Assembly (NCBI RefSeq): GCF_034439495.1
Contig: NZ_JAWXAM010000045.1
Length of the DNA stretch: 64,000 nucleotides
Direction: 5' to 3' (one strand)
Source of the DNA: Terricaulis sp.
Lineage (GTDB): Bacteria; Pseudomonadota; Alphaproteobacteria; Caulobacterales; Aquidulcibacteraceae
The position numbers were made by a program, and so were the translations under genes. Positions within the stretch are counted from its first letter, which is position 1, and every line of letters starts with the position of its first letter. The notes beneath the pieces are model-generated. The model was not told the origin of the DNA. It ran no database searches and saw nothing but the letters and a program-made list of their open reading frames with translations. This document shows positions 39,216 through 49,299 of this stretch, one piece after another.

Positions 39216-40243
39216 TGTTTGGCCTCGAACTCTCGATGATCTGGGCGGTGCTGATCGCCGTCGCGGTGTTTCTTTATGTGGCGTTGGATGGTTTCGACCT
39301 GGGCGTCGGTATCTTGTTTCCGTTCGCCAAGGATTCGAAGCAGCGCGATCAAATGCAGGCTGCCATCGCGCCGGTGTGGGATGGCAACGAGACTTGGCTC
39401 GTGCTCGGCGGCGGCGGTTTGTTCGCGGCGTTTCCGAAAGCCTACGCGGCGTTGATGCCGGCGCTTTATATTCCGATTATCCTGATGCTGCTGGCGCTTA
39501 TCTTTCGCGGTGTTGCGTTCGAGTTTCGCCACCACGGGCGCGAGCGTGGGCGGAAATGGTGGACGGTGGCGTGCTCCGCCGGCTCGATCGTCGCGACTTT
39601 GGCGCAAGGCATGGTGCTGGGCGCCTTCATTCAGGGCGTGACGCTCGTTGATGGCGCATTCGCTGGCGGGCCGTTGGATTGGCTGACGCCGTTTACGTTG
39701 CTGGTCTCGGTGGCGCTGCTTGCCGGCTACGCTTTGCTCGGCGCGACCTGGCTTGTGTTCAAGACTCAGGGCGAATTGTTCGAGCGCGCCCGGTTTTGGG
39801 TGAAGCGCCTCGCCGTACTCACGGCGCTGTCGCTGGGCGCTGTCAGTTTGGCGACGCTCGCAGTTGATCCGCGCGTGACCGCACGCTGGGGCATCACGAT
39901 GACCAGCGTCGATTGGGCTGTGTTCATCAAGGTTGCGCCGTTGCCGTTGCTGGCTGGCCTCGTACTCTTCTTGCTTTGGCGCGGCGCCGATGCGCGCCGG
40001 CATCTTGCGCCGTATCTTTATACGGTTGCGCTCTTTCTCGTGGGCTATCTCGGCCTCGCGGTGAGCTTATGGCCCTACATCGTGCCGTTCGCGATGACGC
40101 CGGCGGATGCGGCCGCCGCGGATAACGCGCTCTCGTTGATGCTGTGGGGCGCGATACCGATGTTGCCGATCATCCTGGGCTACACAGCCTATGTGTATTG
40201 GATCTTCCGCGCCAAAGTGGACGACGATGCCGCCTATCATTGA
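39215..40243 (+). CDS. cydB: Cytochrome bd oxidase subunit II
   Basis: LDGFDLGVGIL, PVWDGNETWLV, FRGVAFEFR. Confidence 0.96.
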   Translation: MFGLELSMIWAVLIAVAVFLYVALDGFDLGVGILFPFAKDSKQRDQMQAAIAPVWDGNETWLVLGGGGLFAAFPKAYAALMPALYIPIILMLLALIFRGVAFEFRHHGRERGRKWWTVACSAGSIVATLAQGMVLGAFIQGVTLVDGAFAGGPLDWLTPFTLLVSVALLAGYALLGATWLVFKTQGELFERARFWVKRLAVLTALSLGAVSLATLAVDPRVTARWGITMTSVDWAVFIKVAPLPLLAGLVLFLLWRGADARRHLAPYLYTVALFLVGYLGLAVSLWPYIVPFAMTPADAAAADNALSLMLWGAIPMLPIILGYTAYVYWIFRAKVDDDAAYH

Positions 40244-40373
40244 AGGTCCGCCGGAAGAGGGCGAGGCGCCGCGTCCGCTGGGCGCTAAGCTGTTGTGGTT
40301 CGTGGCGCTATGGGTCGGCGGGCTCGCTGCAGTTGCGGCGGCTGCCTACGCGCTGCGCGCGCTTATCCTTTAG
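40227..40373 (+). CDS. DUF2474 small membrane protein (cydAB-associated)
   Basis: MPPIIEG...KLLWFVALWVGGLAAVAAAAYALRALI; start overlaps the end of cydB. Confidence 0.8.
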   Translation: MPPIIEGPPEEGEAPRPLGAKLLWFVALWVGGLAAVAAAAYALRALIL

Positions 40374-40376
40374 CGC

Positions 40377-40673
40377 TCAAACGACCTGAAACGCTGCTGC
40401 CGCTTGATCGATGAAGTGCGCCAGCGCGACGTCCAAATCCGTTACGCCGTCCGCGCTATGCGTCGTCAGCGTGACATCGACGCGGTTATAGACGTTGTGC
40501 CACTCCGGATGGTGATCGTGCTTTTCAGCGTACATCGCCACCCGCGTCATGAAGCCAAAGGCGGCGTTGAAATCTTTGAAGCGAAACTCCTTGGTGATGG
40601 CGTCGCGATCCGTCGGGGCCTGCCAGCCCTCCAGGCGCCCTAACGCCGCCTGCGCTCCAATTTTTTCTGCCAT
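40377..40673 (-). CDS. phhB: Pterin-4-alpha-carbinolamine dehydratase
   Basis: [28 protein letters not shown]. Confidence 0.95.
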   Translation of the reverse strand: MAEKIGAQAALGRLEGWQAPTDRDAITKEFRFKDFNAAFGFMTRVAMYAEKHDHHPEWHNVYNRVDVTLTTHSADGVTDLDVALAHFIDQAAAAFQVV

Positions 40674-40735
40674 GCGTGTCCTCCTCAGCACCATAGATGC
40701 ACCGGCGCCGCGAAACGGCAATGCACACAAAGCAA

Positions 40736-40761
40736 AACCGCCGACGTTTCCGCCGCCGGTT
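40736..40761 (-). terminator. Terminator after the amino-acid permease
   Basis: Minus strand AACCGGCGGCG-GAAA-CGTCGGCGGTT followed by TTG; one mismatch in the stem. Confidence 0.5.
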
Positions 40762-40783
40762 CGCTTCTGATGCTTGGATATCG

Positions 40784-42382
40784 CTACTGGTTCGGTTGAA
40801 CCGGGTTCGGCTGTTCGACGCCGGTCACGACCTCGCCCTTACCCAGCTTCGAGTTCCATATGCCGTAGGCGAAGTAGAGCAAGAAGCCGCCGGCGAGATA
40901 GATCAGGAAGAAGTTGCGCGTTTCGTCGTGCGCCATCAGCGACAGCAGCAAGAAAATGCACATCAGCGCGCCGAGCAGCGGTGTGATCGGGAACAACGGC
41001 GTCTTGAACGGACGATTCATTTTCGGCCGTGCGAAACGCAGGTAGATCACCGTCAAGCAGACGATCGAGAACGCCGCGAGCGTGCCGACGTTCGTGAGGT
41101 TCGCGAGCGAGTCGAGGCTCATGAAGCCGCCGAAGCCCATCGCCAGCAGACCAACCAAGATCGTGTTGATCCAGGGCGTCTGCAGTTTTGGGTGCACATT
41201 GGCGAACACTTTGGGGATCAGGCCGTCTTTGGCCATCGTGTAGAAGATGCGCGTCTGCCCGTAGAGCAGCACCAGCATAACCGACGAGAGGCCGGCAAAG
41301 GCGCCGAGCTTCACCACGAACGCGAACCACGGCAGGCCGATTTGATCGACAGCGAGCGCGATCGGCGCCGGGTTGTTGAGCTGCTGGTACGGCACGATGC
41401 CGACCAGTACGGCGCAAGTGAGGATGTAGAGAATGGTGCAGATAATGAGCGAGCCGAGGATGCCAATCGGCATATCGCGGCCGGGGTTCTTGGATTCTGC
41501 ACCGGCAGTGGAGACGGCCTCAAAGCCGATATAGGCAAAGAAGATCGTCGCAGCGCCGGTGATGAGGCCGGGTACGCCGTACTGGCCGGTATCCGCGCCG
41601 GTGAGCACGCCGCCGAGTGCGCGCCCGATCTGCGCCCAAATGCTCATATCCGTTCCAGGCGGAGGCGCTGGAATTTGTTCGGGGATCAGCGGGCTCCAGA
41701 GATCAGTGTTCACATAGGACGCGCCGATCACGATGAACGCGATGACGACGCCGACTTTGATGAACACGACGATGTTGTTCACGAGCGCCGATTCCGAAAT
41801 GCCAACCACGAGCAGGCAAGTCACGGCAATCAGGCCAATGATGGCGGGTAGGTTCACGATGCCGACGGCGATCTGCTGACCCGTATCGTGATCAAGCACT
41901 GGCACCCCGGGCGCTGCGGTTAAGGCCGCGGGTATGTGTATGCCCAAATCTGCGAGCAAACTGACGGTGTAGCCAGACCAGCCGACCGCGACGGTCGAGG
42001 CAGCAAGGCCGTATTCGAGGACCAGCAGAAGCCCCATCACCCAAGCGACGATCTCGCCCATGGAAGCATAGGAATAAGAATAGGCTGAACCCGAAACTGG
42101 GATGGCGGATGCAAGCTCCGCATAAGACAGCGCCACCAGCGCGCACAACGTGCCGGTGATGACGAACGAAATCATGATGCCGGGGCCAGCGAACTCTGCT
42201 GCGGCGCGGCCGGTAAGAACGAAGATGCCGGTCCCAATGATGCACCCGATGCCGAGCAGCACCAGGTTCATCGGACCTAGCGTCTTCTTGAGTTCGCCCT
42301 GCTCGTGCTCCGCGTGCATCTGCTCAACCGATTTGCGGATGAACAGCCGGCCGATGCCGCTGGGCTTATTGGTGTTTGCCAC
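40784..42382 (-). CDS. APC-family amino-acid permease (cationic amino-acid transporter-like)
   Basis: [31 protein letters not shown]; GTG start with a GGAGG RBS. Confidence 0.93.
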   Translation of the reverse strand: MANTNKPSGIGRLFIRKSVEQMHAEHEQGELKKTLGPMNLVLLGIGCIIGTGIFVLTGRAAAEFAGPGIMISFVITGTLCALVALSYAELASAIPVSGSAYSYSYASMGEIVAWVMGLLLVLEYGLAASTVAVGWSGYTVSLLADLGIHIPAALTAAPGVPVLDHDTGQQIAVGIVNLPAIIGLIAVTCLLVVGISESALVNNIVVFIKVGVVIAFIVIGASYVNTDLWSPLIPEQIPAPPPGTDMSIWAQIGRALGGVLTGADTGQYGVPGLITGAATIFFAYIGFEAVSTAGAESKNPGRDMPIGILGSLIICTILYILTCAVLVGIVPYQQLNNPAPIALAVDQIGLPWFAFVVKLGAFAGLSSVMLVLLYGQTRIFYTMAKDGLIPKVFANVHPKLQTPWINTILVGLLAMGFGGFMSLDSLANLTNVGTLAAFSIVCLTVIYLRFARPKMNRPFKTPLFPITPLLGALMCIFLLLSLMAHDETRNFFLIYLAGGFLLYFAYGIWNSKLGKGEVVTGVEQPNPVQPNQ

Positions 42383-42462
42383 GTTCGATCCCCTCCCTGG
42401 GTCCGTTGTGGGGCGGGAAGCTAACGGGGTGGTTAGGGGGCGGCAAGCGCCGTGGGTCGCTT

Positions 42463-43356
42463 TTAGCCTGCCGCGAGTGCCTCGGGCACAGTCCACCCCC
42501 TCCGTGCGCACGCAGCGAGCACGGTGTTGCGCAGCAGGCAGGCGATGGTCATCGGCCCGACCCCGCCCGGGGATGGCGTTACCGCTGCGGCGACCTCAAT
42601 GGCTTCGGGGAAGCAAACGTCGCCGACGAGCTTGGTTTTGCCTTCACCTTTCTCAGGCGCAGGGACTCGGTTGGTGCCGACATCAATGACGATGGCGCCG
42701 GGGCGCACCCAGTCGCCGCGCACCATCTCCGGCCGGCCCACCGCCGCGACCAAAATATCGGCGCTGCGGCAGACCATTTTCAGATCGCGCGTCTTTGAAT
42801 GCGCGATGGTCACCGTCGCGTTTTGCTCGAGGAAGAGCAGGGCAGCTGGCTTGCCGACAAGGATCGAGCGGCCGATAACGACGACATTGGCGCCGGTGAG
42901 ATCTGGTCTCTCGGTCTTCGCCAAGATCACGCAGCCAACGGGCGTGCAGGGCCTAAGTCCGGGCCCTCCCAACACGAGTTTGCCGGCGCTGGCCTCCGTG
43001 AGGCCATCGACGTCCTTCATCGGATCGATCACCGCCAGCACTGCCGGTTCGGAAATGTGCTTCGGCAGCGGCAGTTGAACGAGAATGCCGTCAATTTCCG
43101 GATCGGCGGAAAGCGCAGCCACGCGCGCGATCAACTCGTCCTGCGTGGTTTCTTTCGGCAGCCGGATCTCCACCGAGCGCATGCCGACTTCGGTGGTCAT
43201 TTTGCCTTTGGAAGCGACGTAAACTTGGCTTGCCGGATCATCGCCCACCAGCACAACCGCGAGTGCGGGCTGCGCAGGCAGCTGTTTCACGGCGGCCGCG
43301 ACATCAGCGCGAACGCGTGCTGCAACAGCTTTCCCGTCAATGATGCGGCCGCTCAT
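42463..43356 (-). CDS. folD: Bifunctional methylene-THF dehydrogenase/cyclohydrolase
   Basis: [42 protein letters not shown]. Confidence 0.97.
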   Translation of the reverse strand: MSGRIIDGKAVAARVRADVAAAVKQLPAQPALAVVLVGDDPASQVYVASKGKMTTEVGMRSVEIRLPKETTQDELIARVAALSADPEIDGILVQLPLPKHISEPAVLAVIDPMKDVDGLTEASAGKLVLGGPGLRPCTPVGCVILAKTERPDLTGANVVVIGRSILVGKPAALLFLEQNATVTIAHSKTRDLKMVCRSADILVAAVGRPEMVRGDWVRPGAIVIDVGTNRVPAPEKGEGKTKLVGDVCFPEAIEVAAAVTPSPGGVGPMTIACLLRNTVLAACARRGWTVPEALAAG

Positions 43357-43357
43357 T

Positions 43358-43684
43358 CTACGCTTCCTCAAACCTTGCCACGAACGCCGCGATCTCTGCC
43401 TCGCTCGCGCCTTCTATCTCTAACGTCTTCAAGCGCGCCGTTGCGCCGCGCGCAACTTTGACCTTGCCTTTAGCCACGCCGAACGCCTTGGCGATCAGCT
43501 TTTCCAGCGCTTGGTTCGCTTCGTTGTTCTCGGGCGCAGCGCGCACGCGCGCTTTTAAAAATTTCTGCCCTTCGGCATCGGTCGCGCAGCCATCAATCCG
43601 GTCGGCGCCGCCCGAAGGCGTCAGCCTGACGCGTAGCTTGCTCAGAGCACCGGGCCCGTTCCAGTCAGCACGCCGTGCAGCCAA
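43358..43684 (-). CDS. DUF167 / YggU family protein (start uncertain)
   Basis: LRVRLTP...[15 protein letters not shown]...LIAKAFGV...GATARLK; the nearest in-frame start is TTG 43684, overlapping the YggT gene. Confidence 0.85.
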   Translation of the reverse strand: MAARRADWNGPGALSKLRVRLTPSGGADRIDGCATDAEGQKFLKARVRAAPENNEANQALEKLIAKAFGVAKGKVKVARGATARLKTLEIEGASEAEIAAFVARFEEA

Positions 43685-43965
43685 GGCAGCAGCTGGCGGA
43701 GCAGCTGAATAACAAGCAGCAGCACCAGGACCGAGAGATCGACGCCGGCGATCGGCGGGATGATGCGGCGAAGGGGGCGCAGGATGGGGTCGGTCACTCG
43801 CCGGCAAAATTCATAGATTGAGGAAACGAAGCCGTTGCGCCGGCTGACGATGTCGAAGGCGTATAGCCAGGAAATGACGACAAAGACGATCAGCACCACG
43901 ATCACGAGCGCGAGGATCGTGTCGATCAGGCCGAAAAGGATGGCGAGAAGCCCAGGGGATTGCAT
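43642..43965 (-). CDS. YggT family membrane protein
   Basis: SWL...RVTDPILRPLRRIIPPIAGVDLS. Confidence 0.92.
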   Translation of the reverse strand: MQSPGLLAILFGLIDTILALVIVVLIVFVVISWLYAFDIVSRRNGFVSSIYEFCRRVTDPILRPLRRIIPPIAGVDLSVLVLLLVIQLLRQLLPWLHGVLTGTGPVL

Positions 43966-44079
43966 GTCACAGCGTCTAGCCCGCGCCGGGCAGATTCGGC
44001 AACTGGCGGTCAGTCAGGCTAGTTGACGCTCCTCCCGCCGCCGCCCTATATCCGCGCCTCCTAGTGTCCAGGCACTTGG

Positions 44080-44155
44080 GGGCCCGTAGCTCAGCTGGGA
44101 GAGCGCTGCGTTCGCAATGCAGAGGTCAGGAGTTCGATCCTCCTCGGGTCCACCA
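44080..44155 (+). tRNA. tRNA-Ala (anticodon CGC)
   Basis: GGGCCCG/CGGGTCC acceptor with G3:U70-type identity, CTGCG-TT-CGC-AA-TGCAG anticodon arm, encoded CCA. Confidence 0.95.
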
Positions 44156-44175
44156 TCCTACGCTGTGCGTAGGAT
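44155..44175. terminator. Stem-loop between tRNA-Ala and the convergent stress gene
   Basis: Perfect 9-bp stem ATCCTACGC/GCGTAGGAT with a TGT loop. Confidence 0.5.
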
Positions 44176-44195
44176 GGTTTAACGGTGGTCCTGGA

Positions 44196-44678
44196 CTAGC
44201 TCAGCGGTACGTCGGCGACCTTATCGCCGTATTCCTTCTTCGGGTCCTTGCCGAGCAGCATCTTGATGCCGGCGAAGACGCTGTTCTCGTTCAGCCAGAT
44301 GTGGGCGTGTTCGGGATCGAAGCGGATGAGCTGAATCTTTGGGTCATCCTTGCCGCCTTCGTACCAGGCGGCGACGAAGGGATTCCAGAGGCGATCAATA
44401 ATCGCTCGATCGGTCGTCAAACTGAGTTCGCCCTGCAGCCCGGCGAATAGGTCGTGCCCCTTGGAGGTGAAGTAGGCGACGCCCGCTTGGCCGGCGCCGA
44501 TTTGCTGCACGAGTTCGGAATCGGTGGATGTGAAAAACCAAACCGGCCCGCCCTCATCACCTTCGATTTGCGCGGTCATCGGACGCGCTTCGCCGCTGCC
44601 TTCGACACCGAGCATAATCGTGCGGTCGGACTTGAGGTGCTTCCAGAACTTTTGGACGATTTCAGTTTCGCTTGCCAT
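44196..44678 (-). CDS. Pyridoxamine-5'-phosphate oxidase-like general stress protein
   Basis: ARPMTAQ, VWFFT, DRLWNPFVAAWYEGGKDDP. Confidence 0.9.
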   Translation of the reverse strand: MASETEIVQKFWKHLKSDRTIMLGVEGSGEARPMTAQIEGDEGGPVWFFTSTDSELVQQIGAGQAGVAYFTSKGHDLFAGLQGELSLTTDRAIIDRLWNPFVAAWYEGGKDDPKIQLIRFDPEHAHIWLNENSVFAGIKMLLGKDPKKEYGDKVADVPLS

Positions 44679-44702
44679 GGGGGGCTCCTTCGCTCCACCG
44701 GC

Positions 44703-44727
44703 AACGAGACGATACGTGTTTAGTTCC
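44703..44727 (-). promoter_or_regulatory. EcfG/sigmaT general-stress promoter
   Basis: Exact GGAAC-N16-CGTT on the minus strand, 25 bp upstream of the ATG at 44678. Confidence 0.75.
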
Positions 44728-44884
44728 GGCCCGCGTCTGCGTCCGCCGCGAACTCAATGCGCCGATGCAGGCGCTGGCCTTCGTCGCGCGCGGGATCGTA
44801 GGCGCGCCACGTCACACCGTCTTCGGACACCTGATAGCAGGCGATGTCCGGGTCGTTTGAGGTGGCGGCATCCTGTTCGAGCAT
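44720..44884 (-). CDS. Small hypothetical protein (54 aa)
   Basis: MLEQDAATSNDPDIACYQVSEDGVTWRAYD...; weak RBS. Confidence 0.4.
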   Translation of the reverse strand: MLEQDAATSNDPDIACYQVSEDGVTWRAYDPARDEGQRLHRRIEFAADADAGRN

Positions 44885-44964
44885 GGCGCGATCAAACCTA
44901 TTTCCGGGCCTAACGGTTCCAGTGTTAGGTTGAGGCCAGCACACTACGGACTCGAGGGCCCTTT

Positions 44965-45159
44965 ATGAAAACCTATCTCCTGGCGGGTGCGATCTTCGCG
45001 CTTACGGCGTGCGCCAGCGTTAATGACGAGGGCTGGACCGGCCAAAATGCGCAGCCCTTTGATAGCGCCCGCGCCGCCTGTGAGATCGAAGCCCAGGCCC
45101 CGCGTGGCGCTGAGTTCGAGGCGTGCATGGCCAGCAAGGGCTGGACACGGCCACAATAG
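44965..45159 (+). CDS. Small lipoprotein (64 aa) with paired cysteines
   Basis: Lipobox LTAC; GAGG RBS; C..CM..KGW pattern. Confidence 0.7.
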   Translation: MKTYLLAGAIFALTACASVNDEGWTGQNAQPFDSARAACEIEAQAPRGAEFEACMASKGWTRPQ

Positions 45160-45221
45160 CGGACAGGTGTCAGATTGCCGCCTGACAAAGGCGGCTCACA
45201 CCTGATACCTCACACCAACTC

Positions 45222-47102
45222 ATGCTCGAAATTTCCGATCTTACTTACCGCATCGGCCCGCGGCCGTTGTTCGAGAACGCCAACGCGTTCATCGCCGAGG
45301 GCTGGAAGGTCGGCCTCGTCGGCCGCAACGGCACGGGTAAATCCACGCTGTTGAAATTGATCCGCGACGAAGTCGGCAAGACTGGCGCGTCGATCCGGGT
45401 GCGGCGCGGCGCGCGCATGGGGTTCGTGGCGCAAGAAGCGCCGCAGGTGGATACGCCACTGCTTGATCTGGTGATGGCCGCTGACGAGGAAATGACGTCG
45501 CTGCTCGCCGAAGCGGAGACGGCTGAGGACCCCCAACGCATCGCCGACATTCATACGCGTCTCGCGGAGATCGACGGCTATTCCGGCGAAGCGCGCGCGA
45601 GCGCGATCATGGTTGGCCTCGGTTTCGAGCAAGACGATCTCCGGCGGCCTGCACGAGAATTCTCCGGCGGCTGGCGCATGCGGGCAGCGTTGGCCGGAGT
45701 GCTCTTTTCTGCGCCGGACCTGTTGATCCTCGACGAGCCGACGAACTATCTCGATCTCGAAGGCGCAGCGTGGCTGGAAGAATATCTGCGCGACTACCCG
45801 CACACAGTGATCTGCGTCAGCCACGATCGCGAGATGCTGAACCGCTCGGTGACGCACATCCTGGCGCTGGACGATAAGAAGCTCGAAGTCTTCGTCGGCG
45901 GCTACGACGCGTATCTGAAAAAGAAGGCTGAGCGCATGTCGCTCGCTGTTGGCATGAAGGCCAAACAGGACGCGCAAAAGGCGCACTTGCAGAAGTTCAT
46001 CGATCGTTTCCGCGCCAAGGCTTCAAAGGCCGCGCAGGCGCAGAGCCGGATCAAGCAGCTCGAAAAGATGCAAGACATCGCCGTGCCGCTCGAAGAGCGC
46101 ACGATCCCATTTCACTTCGAGGACCCTGTCGAACTCGCTTCGCCGCTTGTTGTGCTGGACGAAGCTGATCTGGGCTATGTCGAAGGCAAGCCGGTGCTGA
46201 AGAAAGTGTCGCTGCGCCTCGATCATGACGATCGCATCGTCGTCATCGGCCCTAACGGGCAGGGCAAGACGACTTTGGTGAAGTCCATCGCCGCGCGCTT
46301 GGCCCTATTGAACGGCAAGCGCGTTGCCTCCGGCAAAGCCAAGATGGGCTATTTCAGCCAGGACCAGCTCGACGAATTGCGCGAAGGAGAAACCGTGCTC
46401 GAGCACGTGCGCGATCTCGAACCGGATTGGGCGCCGCCGAAGCTGCGCTCGCTGGCGGCGCGGATGGGCTTTGGCGTCGATAAGATTGATACGAAAGTTC
46501 AGAACCTCAGCGGCGGCGAGAAGGTGCGTTTGCTGCTCGGCCTGATGGCGCATGCGAAGCCGCACGTGCTGATCCTCGATGAGCCGACGTCACACTTGGA
46601 CATTGATAGTCGCGAGGCGCTCATCCACGCGATCAATGAATACGAAGGCGCGGTTCTGCTGATCACGCACGACATCTATCTGGCCGAGGCCTGCGCGGAT
46701 CGGCTCTGGCTCGTCTATCACGGCCGCGCGCGCCAATATGACGGCGATCTGGAAGATTATCGCAAGCTCGTCGCGGCGGCTGATCGACCTGGAGATTTAG
46801 CTGGAGAGTCGCGCTCGACTTCGGCTGGACAAAGCCTGGACATCGCCGCGACTTCAGGTGGAAACGCAAAAGCGAAAAGCTCGAAATATACTCTACAACG
46901 TCGACTTGAAGCGGCGGAGACGGAGATCGAGCAAGCGCAAGCTGCGCTCACGCGCATTGACGCAGCGCTGGCCGACCCGGAACTGTTCACGCGCGATCAA
47001 AAGCGCGGAGAGTCGCTGCTGAAAGAGCGCTCGCACGCGGCGACGGCGCTGGCGAAAGCCGAAGCGGCGTGGCTGGAGGCGACTGAAGCGCTGGAGCACT
47101 GA
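45222..47102 (+). CDS. ABC-F family ribosome-associated ATPase
   Basis: Two NBDs (GRNGTGKST, FSGGW, DEPT; GPNGQGKT, LSGGEK, DEPT), no TM segments, C-terminal coiled coil. Confidence 0.95.
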   Translation: MLEISDLTYRIGPRPLFENANAFIAEGWKVGLVGRNGTGKSTLLKLIRDEVGKTGASIRVRRGARMGFVAQEAPQVDTPLLDLVMAADEEMTSLLAEAETAEDPQRIADIHTRLAEIDGYSGEARASAIMVGLGFEQDDLRRPAREFSGGWRMRAALAGVLFSAPDLLILDEPTNYLDLEGAAWLEEYLRDYPHTVICVSHDREMLNRSVTHILALDDKKLEVFVGGYDAYLKKKAERMSLAVGMKAKQDAQKAHLQKFIDRFRAKASKAAQAQSRIKQLEKMQDIAVPLEERTIPFHFEDPVELASPLVVLDEADLGYVEGKPVLKKVSLRLDHDDRIVVIGPNGQGKTTLVKSIAARLALLNGKRVASGKAKMGYFSQDQLDELREGETVLEHVRDLEPDWAPPKLRSLAARMGFGVDKIDTKVQNLSGGEKVRLLLGLMAHAKPHVLILDEPTSHLDIDSREALIHAINEYEGAVLLITHDIYLAEACADRLWLVYHGRARQYDGDLEDYRKLVAAADRPGDLAGESRSTSAGQSLDIAATSGGNAKAKSSKYTLQRRLEAAETEIEQAQAALTRIDAALADPELFTRDQKRGESLLKERSHAATALAKAEAAWLEATEALEH

Positions 47103-47149
47103 TCCTTCGGCACCGTGCGTGCGTATCAGCTCCCAATTCGGGAGGGATC

Positions 47150-47530
47150 ATGAAAATTCCGGCAGCTTTGATTTTGGCCGTGGCGCTTGGCGCGTGTGCG
47201 AGTGCGCAAGCGCAATCAGCGCAAGCGCCGGCTGATGCGCTCGGCGGCGCTTGGATCGTCGATCTTTCCACCGATCCGGCGCAGCCCTACACGCGCCCGA
47301 TGCAGCTGACGCTCGCGGCCGATGGCGGCGTCACGGGTTCATTCTACGAAAGCGACATCGAGGCCGGCCGCTGGAAGATCGATCGCGGCCGTACCTGCGT
47401 GAGCTTCCGCACCAGTGATGGCGTTGGCCCGTATCACACCGCCGCGTGCCTCGTCGGCGATCGCGTTGAGGGGCAGACCTGGGCTGAGCACCGCAACTTC
47501 CTGTTCAACTGGAATGCCACGCGTCCCTAG
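47150..47530 (+). CDS. Secreted/lipoprotein hypothetical
   Basis: GGAGG RBS; signal peptide with LGAC. Confidence 0.65.
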   Translation: MKIPAALILAVALGACASAQAQSAQAPADALGGAWIVDLSTDPAQPYTRPMQLTLAADGGVTGSFYESDIEAGRWKIDRGRTCVSFRTSDGVGPYHTAACLVGDRVEGQTWAEHRNFLFNWNATRP

Positions 47531-47982
47531 CCGACGGGCGTGAGTGGCGCATCTTTGATGCGATCGAGATTGCCGGCGCCGGGGGTGAAGAGGGCTTCGA
47601 TGCGAATGCCGTCTGGGTCTTCGAAGAGAGTTGAGTAATAGCCGGGCGCCCAGGGGCCTTCTTCGCCGAGCCGGACAATATTGGCGCCGAACGCATGCAT
47701 CGATGCGGCGAGTGCGTCGACATCTTCGCGCGAGCGCAGGCGGAAGCAGAAGTGATGCAAGCCGACGCGCCATTGATCGAACGGCGTGCCTTGGTGTTCG
47801 GGCGCCGCGTTGCGGATGAGCACGCCAGTGCGCGCGCCGATGCAATAAAAGACCTGGCCGGGCACATCATACTGGATCGCCATGCCGAAGCTTTCGACGA
47901 GGAGGTGGTGATAGAACGGCCGCGACGCAGCGACGTCGCGGACGGTGAGCTGGATGTGGGCGATGCCGTTTGGGGAGATCAT
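47527..47982 (-). CDS. VOC/glyoxalase family protein
   Basis: IAHIQLTVRD, GLHHFCF, YYSTLFEDPDGIRIE. Confidence 0.92.
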   Translation of the reverse strand: MISPNGIAHIQLTVRDVAASRPFYHHLLVESFGMAIQYDVPGQVFYCIGARTGVLIRNAAPEHQGTPFDQWRVGLHHFCFRLRSREDVDALAASMHAFGANIVRLGEEGPWAPGYYSTLFEDPDGIRIEALFTPGAGNLDRIKDAPLTPVG

Positions 47983-48012
47983 GGGCCGTTGAATCCTCTC
48001 GCACGGCGCGAA

Positions 48013-48027
48013 TGGCGACCCCGGAGA
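48013..48027. repeat. Distal att core TGGCGACCCCGGAGA
   Basis: Identical to 58462-58476, the last 15 nt of tRNA-Arg(CCT) including CCA. Confidence 0.92.
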
Positions 48028-48182
48028 ATGTAGGACTGCCCCGCCAATTCAAGCGCTTAGACTGAAAATTCCCAAATCACGCACCGTGCGTTTTCAATGC
48101 GTTGGAGGAGAATCCCAAACGCGCCGAGTGGGGTTTCAAAATTGAACCGCGCCTGTGGCACGGTTAATGCACGGGCCCGTGC

Positions 48183-48674
48183 ATGGTGAAGGCAACACGC
48201 ACACCGGACGGCGACACCGCGTATCACTTGGACGACAAGTCCGAGTGGAGCGTGGGCGGCGTGAGCGGGGAAGTTTACCTTACCCACCTTCACCGAAAGA
48301 AGTGTCTTGAGTTGCAGGCGCGATTGAATGGTGTTGCTCCGCCTGATGCACTGCTAGTGGCCGCAGAAGTCACCGAAGCGTTTGTCAAATCACAGGAACC
48401 CGCAACGCGCCGCGGCAAGCCACTCCTTATGGCGGACGCAGTCAATCGCGCGGCAAATGCCAAGACGAACCGCCGCTACGCGGAACAGATCGCAGACGCC
48501 GTCAAAGACTTGGCGACGACCAAGAAGCGAGTAACCGCAGCGGCGATTGGCCGAATAATCGGCGTGGACCGTCGCCGCGTGAGTGAATGGCTCCAACACG
48601 ACGAAGTCCGGAAGTACCTCGCGGCGGAGGTTCTCGAAGCATTGTGTCCGTCCGCTGAGTGCCGGACCACCTAA
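48183..48674 (+). CDS. Element protein with a C-terminal HTH
   Basis: VTAAAIGRIIGVDRRRVSEWL helix-turn-helix pattern. Confidence 0.65.
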   Translation: MVKATRTPDGDTAYHLDDKSEWSVGGVSGEVYLTHLHRKKCLELQARLNGVAPPDALLVAAEVTEAFVKSQEPATRRGKPLLMADAVNRAANAKTNRRYAEQIADAVKDLATTKKRVTAAAIGRIIGVDRRRVSEWLQHDEVRKYLAAEVLEALCPSAECRTT

Positions 48675-48715
48675 GCCGGTCTTTCTGGTTTTACTTCCTT
48701 GTGAAGAGGAAGACC

Positions 48716-49114
48716 ATGACAGCCGCAAACATCAAACATTTCCGACCCGCCGCCGAGCTTGTAACATCTCGCAATCGAGAGGAAGCGCTCAAGGCGATGA
48801 CGCCGCGCCTGCTTGAACTCGCCGACCGCGTCGTGTGCGAGAATCCGCAACGCGGACAGATTCCAACTATTCTGGTTTTCGCGCCGGGGCTAATGCTCAC
48901 GGCAGTGCGGGTGCCGTCGATGCCGGGTGCGACGTACGTTGACGTACGCTTGGCGATCAATGAACCAGACACCGTGAGTTGGGGGCCGAAAGTGTTCTCG
49001 GCGTGGTTCAATTGTCCGCCGACGTTCCGCGGCAAGTACATGAACGGCGACGTGCACGTCATGTCATGGAAGCGCGGTTGGGAAGGCGCACTTGTGAACG
49101 TGGCGCGCCAATGA
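48716..49114 (+). CDS. Element hypothetical protein (132 aa)
   Basis: GAGG RBS; ATGA-coupled to the next gene. Confidence 0.65.
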   Translation: MTAANIKHFRPAAELVTSRNREEALKAMTPRLLELADRVVCENPQRGQIPTILVFAPGLMLTAVRVPSMPGATYVDVRLAINEPDTVSWGPKVFSAWFNCPPTFRGKYMNGDVHVMSWKRGWEGALVNVARQ

Positions 49115-49299
49115 CCAAGTTCATCCACACGATGGAAGGCTACGCGATCAACACTGCCCACGTGGTCCGCGCTCGGCGAGAGAAAACCGAAGACGGATTA
49201 TGGGTGTGGCGGATCGATACGACGGCACACGGCTCTTATCGGGTCGCGGACAACGGCGCGACACCGTTCACATATCTCAACCAGCCCGCCGGGAAGTGA
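49111..49299 (+). CDS. Element small hypothetical protein (62 aa)
   Basis: ATGA overlap upstream and GTGA overlap with the primase start. Confidence 0.65.
   Translation: MTKFIHTMEGYAINTAHVVRARREKTEDGLWVWRIDTTAHGSYRVADNGATPFTYLNQPAGK

Noticed and set aside
48013-48027. tRNA fragment as a second tRNA gene
   Set aside because: Only the last 15 nt are present; it is the att duplication.
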